This document shows positions 43,913 through 51,541 of a DNA stretch of 64,000 nt, one piece after another. The stretch spans positions 1-64,000 of the IMG/VR virus record IMGVR_UViG_3300031867_000013; one strand, 5' to 3'. Numbering within the stretch: the first letter of the stretch is position 1; every line of letters begins with the position of its first letter. The position numbers were made by a program, and so were the translations under genes. The notes below the pieces were generated by a model. It was not told the origin of the DNA and searched no databases. It saw only the letters and a list, made by a program, of their open reading frames with translations. This DNA is from a virus (Duplodnaviria; Caudoviricetes).

Positions 43913-44062
43913 TATAATTTAGGGGGTAGCTAAATAAAATTACTATAAATATTTTTAAATTGGGTTCTATAGTATAATAAATCTACAATTTTAAAACAAG
44001 GTATTCACGCCAATTTTTATAGTTATTATACTATAGAACTCTATTAGATGCCTAAACTTATC

Positions 44063-44167
44063 TACAAGACACATTATAAAAACTGTCTAAAAATACTTTT
44101 GGACTTCTTAGATTTAATTTTTCTGTTATCAAATAAATTATATCAATTCATTTGCTGTTCGTGTCTT
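44063..44167 (-). ncRNA. ACAGCAA-stem RNA element 2
   Basis: AAGACAC-GA-ACAGCAA...GTGTCTT-GTA; own SigA promoter directly upstream. Confidence 0.7.
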
Positions 44168-44224
44168 TCATTGTCTGTATTATATCATATAATTTTTAAT
44201 TTGTCAACCATTTTTTTATTTTTT

Positions 44225-44309
44225 TGGTGTCGAAGGAGGGAATCGAACCCTCATGGTAAAGACCGCAGAGGCTTAAACTCTGTGCGTATGCCAATTTCGC
44301 CACTCCGAC
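44225..44309 (-). tRNA. tRNA-Leu(TAA)
   Basis: CAGAG-TTTAAGC-CTCTG arm; long variable arm; CCA end. Confidence 0.9.
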
Positions 44310-44627
44310 ATATCTTATTTACATTTGTATTATACCACACGAATTTTAATTTGTCAATACTTTTTTCTTTTTCTATATGCGCCCCATCCACGCACATAAT
44401 ACACAGCCCCATTAAACTTTGCTATGCTCCCTTTGAGGTTATCCGTGTGGCTACGGTTTAGGATATTTATAATATAGCACACAATTCTAATTTTGTCAAC
44501 TACTTTTTAAATATTTTTCAAAAAGAAAAGCGGGAAGAACCACCAACCCGCTTTCTTTCTTGATTTAGACAAGTTATGTCTGCAATCAACACTCTATTTT
44601 GTATTATACCACAATTTTTATAATTTG

Positions 44628-46412
44628 TCAAATAAATAATGCGTCAATTTGTGCTTTTGTTGCAATAATTGAACCGCCTATTATATCCCATTTTTCTTTT
44701 TCTGTATCTGTAAAAGTTGATTCTGATGTATGTGCTAATTTACATTTATATATAAATTTATCATGCACAACTACTGTATCTAATTGATAATATGTACTTG
44801 CTTGCCAATTCTTTAAGTCACTAAATACTAAATCCCAATTTCCTATATCTGTTTCAAAACTAATATTAGAACTTGTGTGTGAATTATTGCACCTATATAA
44901 ACTATTTGCATAATTTACTACTTGATTGGTTTTATATTCTGTATTTATAGCCCAATCTTCTAATACTAATACAGATTCAGAACCTAATTCATTCCATTTA
45001 GATATATCAAAATTTACCCCGCTTGTATGTGCTGTTTTACACTCATATAAGCAATCATCATATATTACTATTTGATATACTTCATATTGAGTATTTGCCG
45101 CCCAATGTGCCATTTTATTTCCATCATATATTGTAGTTACGTGCTTTGTCCCATCGGGGTCTGTAAATGTTATTTTATGTTGACCTACTACTGTTTCATC
45201 TATAGTAGTTGTTGGGGATTTACCATCTACACCATCATTTATTGTTACAGTTTGTGTTCCATTCTTATCTGTAATACTTAATGTAGAATATTTTGCTCCT
45301 GCGGATTTTGTTAAATTTACAGTAGGACTATAACCATCTGCACCATTAGATATAACTGTTGTAGAAGTTCCTGCCGCCGAAACAATAGTAACTGTATGTG
45401 TACCATTTGGATTATCTACTACTGTTATTGAAGGGCTTACTCCATTTTCTCCTTTATCACCTTTATCACCTTTATCGCCCTTCATACCAATTATCTTACC
45501 GCAATTTTGCCATTCATATTGTTGTGTACTTGTATTTTCTAACCACATATATAAATATGGCACTTCTTCATCTAATGGGTCTCCAACTAAATAAGCATCA
45601 CCTACAGTACCAGTTGGGTGTGCGGCTTCTAAATCTTCTAATGTTTCATATTGCGCTCTTATTGTAAAGGATTTACCATCTTCACCCTTATCGCCTTTAT
45701 CACCTTTTGCGCCATCTCTTATTTTTGCACTTGTTGTGCCATTAACATCTTGAATTGTTATTGTAGCTGTATCTCCTGTTTTAGATACACTTGCAGAAGG
45801 GCTTACACCGCTTGCTCCATTTGTTCCGTTCATTACATTAAAATCTTTTGTTCCCGATTTATCTGTAATTGAAACTTTATGACCATTAGTTATATTAGTT
45901 ATTGCTACTGTAGGACTATAACCATCTGAGCCTTTTGCTCCATTTGTACCATTATATATATTTGCTGTAGTTGTTCCATTTATATCTACTAATGTTATAG
46001 TTGCTCCACTAGCTGTTTGTGTAATTTTTGCTGTAGGAACTGCTTGAACATCTACGTTTAATTTATCGCCTTGCATTTTAAGACCGCTACCTACTTTTGC
46101 GCCACCTTTTATGTTTGCTGACATTGTTGGAAGTGTATATGGCGTACCGCCGCCACCGCCGCCACCACCCCCTTTCCCGTTTACCTTAAAAGGGACTGTT
46201 GTGAATACTGCGTCTTTATTACCCGCACTTCTTACATATACTGTACCATCAAATGCTACTATCTGATTCTCAATTAATTTTATACCTGTATTATCTTCAT
46301 TAGTTGCAGATATTTCAATAGGTACTTTACTTGTGTTTTGAATAGACCCTGTAGTTTCTTCTGGTGAAACCCAAGTTCCTGCTTTTACATTATACTTTGC
46401 CATCAATATCAT
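44628..46412 (-). CDS. Collagen-like fibre protein with C-terminal CBM5/12-like repeats
   Basis: GDKGDKG repeats, GxSPT repeats, three W..Y..C..H.S repeats. Confidence 0.75.
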   Translation of the reverse strand: MILMAKYNVKAGTWVSPEETTGSIQNTSKVPIEISATNEDNTGIKLIENQIVAFDGTVYVRSAGNKDAVFTTVPFKVNGKGGGGGGGGGTPYTLPTMSANIKGGAKVGSGLKMQGDKLNVDVQAVPTAKITQTASGATITLVDINGTTTANIYNGTNGAKGSDGYSPTVAITNITNGHKVSITDKSGTKDFNVMNGTNGASGVSPSASVSKTGDTATITIQDVNGTTSAKIRDGAKGDKGDKGEDGKSFTIRAQYETLEDLEAAHPTGTVGDAYLVGDPLDEEVPYLYMWLENTSTQQYEWQNCGKIIGMKGDKGDKGDKGENGVSPSITVVDNPNGTHTVTIVSAAGTSTTVISNGADGYSPTVNLTKSAGAKYSTLSITDKNGTQTVTINDGVDGKSPTTTIDETVVGQHKITFTDPDGTKHVTTIYDGNKMAHWAANTQYEVYQIVIYDDCLYECKTAHTSGVNFDISKWNELGSESVLVLEDWAINTEYKTNQVVNYANSLYRCNNSHTSSNISFETDIGNWDLVFSDLKNWQASTYYQLDTVVVHDKFIYKCKLAHTSESTFTDTEKEKWDIIGGSIIATKAQIDALFI

Positions 46413-46532
46413 TCCTTTCTTTTATATATGCACAAATAGGACATACATATAGTATGCCCTAATATTATTCTTATTAAATTGCTATGTTATATTTCAATAC
46501 TCCATAATTGACTATTACAATTATAGTATCTC

Positions 46533-46632
46533 GGCACAAAATGTTTCTATCATATAACATAACATAAGTGGTGGTAATCAACCCAACTTTCAGTATCATC
46601 TTTAATAAAGATATGATTGCTGTAAGTGCCTT
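46533..46632 (-). ncRNA. ACAGCAA-stem RNA element 3 (downstream of Ro-like gene; shorter 3' arm)
   Basis: AAGGCAC-TT-ACAGCAA...GTGCC. Confidence 0.55.
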
Positions 46633-46687
46633 ATATATCAATGAAAAGATAGACATATATTTCTATATGCCTATCCTCATCTACATA

Positions 46688-48214
46688 TTATCCAAAAACT
46701 TTGTCTATTACTGCATATCGAGGTACATTAAGCTGTTCTACAAGAGCCTTATATGGGTCTAATTGTGAACTCATTACCATACTCATAAGGTTCTTACTAA
46801 ACCCGCTAAGAAGAACAACTCCCATTTCATTCTCTGTCAGCGGAATCGTACCTGTACGACTATTTACATTCCAAAATACTAACTTTGGAAGTTTATAACC
46901 TTTTGCCGCAAACCTATTACGTATTGTTTCAAACAATGCTTCATTTACTGTTGGTGTTCTTTCTCCCCAAAAAGAATTACCATTAGCCACTCCGTCAAAT
47001 TCACAATCCGTGATGATAAGCACTGTATTAGGCATTTCGTCCTGCGACATATGATTCTTTACTGCTGTATCAAGAATCAAATCAAATGTTGCTTCGATAT
47101 TTGTATTAGAGCAATCATTATATTTATGCATAATATTAAGATTACCAAATAAGGTATCACTATTTACAGTTACCATTTGTGGCTTACTGCTAAATGTAAT
47201 AAACTTATTCTTAAATTCTCCACTATTATTTTGAGCGCAATATAATGAAATTGCACTTGCTACATCTAATGCAGAAACATTACTATTACCAATAGTAACT
47301 GTCATAGAACCACTACCATCACGTACAACAAGTGTATTTTTGAAACCTTCTACCTTGTCTTGTGCGTTCCATAATGCTTCTAGTGTTTCATCGACACCAT
47401 TAAACCGACCATAGTTAAATGCACCATACTTATGCACAATATCATGTAAAAACATAGCTTGTGCATTAATCTTTGTTTCACCATTTTTAAGTGATTCAAG
47501 ATATTCTATACGACGCTTTTCATCGTGTTTCATAAAAGCAAAACCATAATTAAGATTTGCCTTTGATGGAACAGCACTATATTCAATATCGTTCCACTCA
47601 TTTGCAGACATTTTACGTTCTACAATATCAATATGCTTACGTAACTTGCTAAGAACTTTACGATATTCCTTTGAACTAAATTCAAACCATTTCTTAATGA
47701 TATGACCGCGCTTAACTGTTTCTGCACTTGACGCATTAACAGATGGCATCCACTTAGCCAAAAGTGAAATAGGTTTACCTTCTTTATAGTTCTTCATATC
47801 GTCAATAAATTGTCCGATTACACGACTACGAATTGCAAGTTGTACTTTCTTGCTCTTTGTATTAAAATAAATATCAAGAATATCATCCCAACGACCATAT
47901 TCTGCAATATCCACTTCATTAATTAGCTTTACTGCAATATCTTCGTGTGCCTTTGCAAGATAAACCATAAATTCTCTAAATGATTTACGTTCACCTACAC
48001 CACCACGAACATCACGCAAAAATAGAAGCCATTTTAAAGTAAGCACTTTATCTTCATTAAGTGCTTCTTCAAATAATGCAGTATCTACTTCTGTACGGAA
48101 AGAAGGAATTGCAAAATTAAGGTCTACAATCTTATGACCTTCTGTAGCAAAACCTACTGCACCATTTTCTGTTAGCTTCTTCTCATTCTTCTCCATTGCT
48201 TTGATAAAACTCAT
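46688..48214 (-). CDS. DUF2828-type Ro60/TROVE-like protein with C-terminal vWA domain
   Basis: TENGA, LRDVRGGVGER, EYGRWDD, LLAKWMPS, VPSKA; MIDAS DGSGSM; ITDCEFD; FWNV. Confidence 0.85.
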   Translation of the reverse strand: MSFIKAMEKNEKKLTENGAVGFATEGHKIVDLNFAIPSFRTEVDTALFEEALNEDKVLTLKWLLFLRDVRGGVGERKSFREFMVYLAKAHEDIAVKLINEVDIAEYGRWDDILDIYFNTKSKKVQLAIRSRVIGQFIDDMKNYKEGKPISLLAKWMPSVNASSAETVKRGHIIKKWFEFSSKEYRKVLSKLRKHIDIVERKMSANEWNDIEYSAVPSKANLNYGFAFMKHDEKRRIEYLESLKNGETKINAQAMFLHDIVHKYGAFNYGRFNGVDETLEALWNAQDKVEGFKNTLVVRDGSGSMTVTIGNSNVSALDVASAISLYCAQNNSGEFKNKFITFSSKPQMVTVNSDTLFGNLNIMHKYNDCSNTNIEATFDLILDTAVKNHMSQDEMPNTVLIITDCEFDGVANGNSFWGERTPTVNEALFETIRNRFAAKGYKLPKLVFWNVNSRTGTIPLTENEMGVVLLSGFSKNLMSMVMSSQLDPYKALVEQLNVPRYAVIDKVFG

Positions 48215-48227
48215 TTTTAATCATCCT

Positions 48228-48319
48228 TTCAAGTTGCCTTTTATTTTTTAACCCTATAAGGGTACGATTAACGCGATGTAATCCAAATTAAATAAAAACT
48301 ATTTTGCTGTATGCAACTT
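48228..48319 (-). ncRNA. ACAGCAA-stem RNA element 4 in 5' UTR of Ro-like gene
   Basis: AAGTTGC-AT-ACAGCAA...GCAACTT-GAA directly followed by SD AAGGATGA and ATG. Confidence 0.7.
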
Positions 48320-48329
48320 TATATTTTAT

Positions 48330-48358
48330 ATTATATCATATTTTTTATATTTTGTCAA
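48330..48358 (-). promoter_or_regulatory. SigA/sigma70 promoter of Ro-like gene
   Basis: TTGACA-N17-TATAAT with extended TG. Confidence 0.8.
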
Positions 48359-48377
48359 TATAAATTTTTAATATTTT

Positions 48378-48451
48378 TGGAGCGATTAAGGAGATTTGAA
48401 CTCCTACCGACTACTTGGAAGGAAGTCATGCTACCATTACACTATAACCAC
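48378..48451 (-). tRNA. tRNA-Gly(TCC)
   Basis: Loop CTTCCAA; T arm AGGAG-TTCAAAT-CTCCT; U73; CCA end. Confidence 0.85.
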
Positions 48452-48460
48452 ATATAAATT

Positions 48461-48562
48461 TACAAGCCGCCACAAGACGTCGGGTCAGATACAGGATTCT
48501 AACCTGTCTTAATACACATCTGTAAATCCGACAATTATCTTCTTTATTGCTGTTAGTGACTT
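48461..48562 (-). ncRNA. ACAGCAA-stem RNA element 5 with T-arm mimic
   Basis: AAGTCAC-TA-ACAGCAA...GCGGCTT-GTA (one mismatch); internal ACAGG-TTAGAAT-CCTGT. Confidence 0.65.
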
Positions 48563-48605
48563 TATACTGCGAAAGGAGGACTCTCACATTGAAAATACTA
48601 TTTTA

Positions 48606-48727
48606 TACAAGACACATCTCTTTTTAATGCGACCGCACACCGAACAGCATACAACTGTGTTGGGAGTTTAACCCAATCCTTATTTTTTGCAGAAATAATT
48701 AAGAAAAATAATTGCTGTTTGTGTCTT
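48606..48727 (-). ncRNA. ACAGCAA-stem RNA element 6 with Cys-like anticodon arm and T arm
   Basis: AAGACAC-AA-ACAGCAA...GTGTCTT-GTA; internal TTATTT-CTGCAAA-AAATAA and TTGGG-TTAAACT-CCCAA. Confidence 0.7.
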
Positions 48728-48748
48728 TTTTAAATTATTTACATATTT

Positions 48749-48824
48749 TGGTGACGAATCGGGGAATCGAACCCACGCTCTAGGGATTGAAAGCCCCTCG
48801 TCCTAACCGCTAGACTAATTCGTC
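48749..48824 (-). tRNA. tRNA-Glu(TTC)
   Basis: AGGGG-CTTTCAA-TCCCT arm; CCA end. Confidence 0.9.
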
Positions 48825-48830
48825 ATATTA

Positions 48831-48903
48831 TACAAGATGCTAAATGATAAGTAAAATAAAATATGCGCTTTATATACTTGAAAATAATTGCTGTTCGCAT
48901 CTT
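48831..48903 (-). ncRNA. ACAGCAA-stem RNA element 7
   Basis: AAGATGC-GA-ACAGCAA...GCATCTT-GTA; promoter 48911-48939 places the start site at its 5' end. Confidence 0.7.
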
Positions 48904-48948
48904 TTTCTGTATTATAACATATAAAATTTAATTTGTCAATACTTTTTT

Positions 48949-49164
48949 TTAATTTTTTCTTGGTAATCCTAATCTTTTTGCCAAACTATTTGCAAATACA
49001 AGAATATCTAAATTAAATTCATTTGCAATATTACCAATTAAAATAAATACTTGCAAAATAAGTTGAATTGGAACAAAAATTATAAACAATAAACAAAACT
49101 GTAAAAATTGTGTTATTGTCATTTCATAAATATCATATACTATTTTCATCTTTTTGTTCACCAT
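48949..49164 (-). CDS. Small membrane protein (paralogue of 49133..49357)
   Basis: YDI..MTI.QFL.F.L repeated in both; one hydrophobic helix. Confidence 0.55.
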   Translation of the reverse strand: MVNKKMKIVYDIYEMTITQFLQFCLLFIIFVPIQLILQVFILIGNIANEFNLDILVFANSLAKRLGLPRKN

Positions 49165-49357
49165 CTTCTTTTACAGGAAAATTCCATTTTTCTGCAAGTT
49201 CAAAGACATAATTCTTGACAATTTCATCTAATTCTCCCATCTTTGCCCCAACAAAAACAAAAACAGAAAGAAATAGATGAATAGGTACTCCTACAATACT
49301 AAGAAGTAGAAATTCTAAAAATTGTACTATTGTCATTTTCTTTATATCGTATTTCAT
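49133..49357 (-). CDS. Small membrane protein
   Basis: RBS GGTGGTG; hydrophobic segment. Confidence 0.6.
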   Translation of the reverse strand: MKYDIKKMTIVQFLEFLLLSIVGVPIHLFLSVFVFVGAKMGELDEIVKNYVFELAEKWNFPVKEDGEQKDENSI

Positions 49358-49393
49358 GTATTTTCACCACCTATAATGTTTTATATATATTAT

Positions 49394-49468
49394 TGGTGGG
49401 CTTATCAGAAGTTGAATCTGAACTAGAAATTTAGAAGATTTCTGTGCTGTCCGTTACACTATAAGCCA
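49394..49468 (-). tRNA. tRNA-Arg(TCT)
   Basis: GAAAT-CTTCTAA-ATTTC arm; CCA end; U1:C72 mismatch. Confidence 0.8.
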
Positions 49469-49478
49469 ATTATATTTC

Positions 49479-49794
49479 TGGTGGACTAGACGGAGGCGAA
49501 TCCGTGTCCGAAATTACTACATTTCAAAGAACTATCACAATAGCTATATTAACTGATAGCAACAGTAGTAGAAAAGGAGATTTTATTATGAAAAACTTTG
49601 TTGTATTTATTTAATATTTTTCTGCATTGACCTACAACATAGTATTACAGAAAAAGAAACTGATAGCAACTTATGCCGCTACAGCTTCATATTCAAAAGA
49701 AAAGTTGTCAGTTATTATACTGTTTAGACTTTAACGCTGTACATTCCGTGTGAACTTTGAAATTTCATAACTCCGTCGAAACATAAACTAGCCC
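49479..49794 (-). ncRNA. ssrA: tmRNA; tag (A)DNFSFEYEAVAA*
   Basis: 5' GGGCTAG..TTCGAC; acceptor GGGCTAG/CTAGTCC-ACCA with G3:U70; resume context ATAACT-GAC; tag ends in AA. Confidence 0.9.
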
Positions 49795-49807
49795 ATATTA
49801 AATTTTA

Positions 49808-49881
49808 TGGCAGGAGTTGAAGGAATCGAACCCCCATAGGTAGTTCTGGAGACTACCGTATTACCATTATACGAAACTCCC
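49808..49881 (-). tRNA. tRNA-Trp(CCA)
   Basis: GTAGT-CTCCAGA-ACTAC arm; G73; CCA end. Confidence 0.9.
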
Positions 49882-49887
49882 ATTTAT

Positions 49888-50129
49888 GCGCCTTTATAGA
49901 CCCCTCCTGTCTAATGCCGCCACATAGCTTGTGATAGACCGACCCATTAAAAGAAACATAAATGTTTCTCACCTACCCGACCAAGATATATATCTTGAAG
50001 CCCTATCACTCCAATATTGTGAAAATGTATTTAGGTGCTTACCCCACACCACAGGACAAAATCAAAACTGTTTGCGCGACAACCGACAAACCCAAACAAA
50101 TATCCACATGATAGTTGTTTTCGCGCACC
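49888..50129 (-). ncRNA. Unassigned ~240-nt structured RNA
   Basis: GC-rich island between two tRNAs with multiple stems (TGCGCGA/TCGCGCA, GTGATAG/CTATCAC, CAAGAT/ATCTTG, AGAAACAT/ATGTTTCT). Confidence 0.55.
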
Positions 50130-50158
50130 TTTATATAGAAGATTGGTCTTTTAATTTT

Positions 50159-50235
50159 TGGTGGGACTAATAGGATTCTAACTTATATCTTGCGAATTAA
50201 AAGTTCGCTGTACTTAACAATTATACTATAGTCCC
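50159..50235 (-). tRNA. tRNA-Lys(TTT)
   Basis: GCGAA-CTTTTAA-TTCGC arm; variant T loop TTAGAAT; CCA end. Confidence 0.8.
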
Positions 50236-50240
50236 ATCTG

Positions 50241-50313
50241 TGCGGAAATTATGGAATTTAACCATAACCTTATATCCCATGACATATATGCTAAACATTA
50301 CACCAATTCCCGC
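50241..50313 (-). pseudogene. Degenerate tRNA-like sequence (anticodon undetermined, Pro/His-like)
   Basis: GCGGGAAT/ATTTCCGC acceptor; D- and T-like arms; 6-nt CATGGG loop; no CCA. Confidence 0.5.
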
Positions 50314-50319
50314 ATATCA

Positions 50320-50386
50320 TACAAGGCACGTTTGCTTGGATAGATTAAAAGTCTATTACATTAAAAATAATTGCTGTATGTGCCTT
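50320..50386 (-). ncRNA. ACAGCAA-stem RNA element 8 with Lys anticodon arm
   Basis: AAGGCAC-AT-ACAGCAA...GTGCCTT-GTA; internal ATAGA-CTTTTAA-TCTAT. Confidence 0.7.
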
Positions 50387-50437
50387 TAGTCAAAAGAAAG
50401 GAGATGTTGAATGTCAATCTTTTTCATTGACAAGCAT

Positions 50438-50466
50438 ATTATATCACAAAATTTTACGTTTGTCAA
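50438..50466 (-). promoter_or_regulatory. SigA promoter heading the RNA cluster
   Basis: TTGACA-N17-TATAAT with TG. Confidence 0.8.
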
Positions 50467-50475
50467 TAGGAAAAA

Positions 50476-50658
50476 TTAATTCTGTTTAAACATTTTTTCA
50501 ATTTCCTCTGAACTTGCCAAATATGTTATACATTCTCCACATTTTTGATTATATTCTCTATAAAATTTTTTAATTTCTTTCTTTTTACGCTCTCTTGCAC
50601 GTTTACTATAAAACATAGAACTTGTATTTACTCCTGCACATTTACCTGTATATTTCAT
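50476..50658 (-). CDS. Small basic hypothetical protein
   Basis: RBS AGGAG; 60 aa. Confidence 0.5.
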   Translation of the reverse strand: MKYTGKCAGVNTSSMFYSKRARERKKKEIKKFYREYNQKCGECITYLASSEEIEKMFKQN

Positions 50659-50673
50659 TTTTATCTCTCCTAA

Positions 50674-51084
50674 TCAAAAAGCATTATCATAACATATTTC
50701 ATGTGTTTTCTCATAAGATAAATTTGGATTAAATATAAATTTAAAATTATATCCTTGTGTATTCAAATATAATATTTTTCTCAAAATTGTTTTTAAATAT
50801 CCAAATGCTGTTGATTGTCTTGTATTTAATAATTCTTGTAACATTGTTGCATTATGAATAATATTTATATCTCCTGTATATTTATTCAACTCACAAAGTT
50901 TAAAAAACCTATACAATTCATTTAAAACAAATATTGTTTTATTATATTTAAATTTTGCTTGTGAAGATATAATTCTTTTACAAACACTTTCATTATATTT
51001 CAATTCCAGAAAGTATGTAAAAATAAATCTAGAACCTCTTTTTATATCACTTTCAAAATGTAAATAAATATTTTTCATATTCAT
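50674..51084 (-). CDS. Hypothetical protein
   Basis: RBS AGGAG; 136 aa. Confidence 0.5.
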   Translation of the reverse strand: MNMKNIYLHFESDIKRGSRFIFTYFLELKYNESVCKRIISSQAKFKYNKTIFVLNELYRFFKLCELNKYTGDINIIHNATMLQELLNTRQSTAFGYLKTILRKILYLNTQGYNFKFIFNPNLSYEKTHEICYDNAF

Positions 51085-51182
51085 TACTCCTAAATAATTT
51101 TTGTATATATTATATTACATTTTTATCTTTTTTGAAATAGCAAAAAAGTCCTATTTATTTTCCAAACACCTTTTCGATTTCC

Positions 51183-51311
51183 TACATATTTATACATATT
51201 TATACATATTTATATTTTAAATACTTATTAAATACTTATTAAATACTTAGATAAATATAAGATAATAAAATATAAAAACAATATATAACACAAGCATATT
51301 TATATGCTTGT
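51183..51311. repeat. AT-rich iteron-like repeats and palindrome (candidate origin)
   Basis: 3x TACATATTTA, 3x TAAATACTTA(T/G), palindrome ACAAGCATAT-TT-ATATGCTTGT. Confidence 0.55.
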
Positions 51312-51512
51312 CAGTTATATTATAATAAAGAGTATTTAATATATCTTTCTTAATATTATAGAATATTATTATTATTATTTATTATTACTTATGTATAAAT
51401 ATGTTATATAGGGTAGCACACAAAATTTAATTTGTCAATAGGAAAAAAGTCCTATTTTTAATAAACCAAAAGTCTTATTTTTAATTATTTTCAAAAAGTA
51501 ATAAAAAATATG

Positions 51513-51541
51513 TTGACAAATATAAAATTTTGTGGTATAAT
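51513..51541 (+). promoter_or_regulatory. SigA promoter of the plus-strand operon
   Basis: TTGACA-N17-TATAAT with TG. Confidence 0.8.

Noticed and set aside
204-46898. Many short plus-strand ORFs opposite virion genes, and ORFs overlapping tRNAs (e.g. 43740..43922, 44048..44461)
   Set aside because: They are antisense shadows of real genes or RNAs, without RBS or protein-like features.
43850-50386. ACAGCAA elements as a CRISPR-like array
   Set aside because: The repeats are not identical or evenly spaced. They covary as stems, are interrupted by tRNAs, and no cas genes are present.
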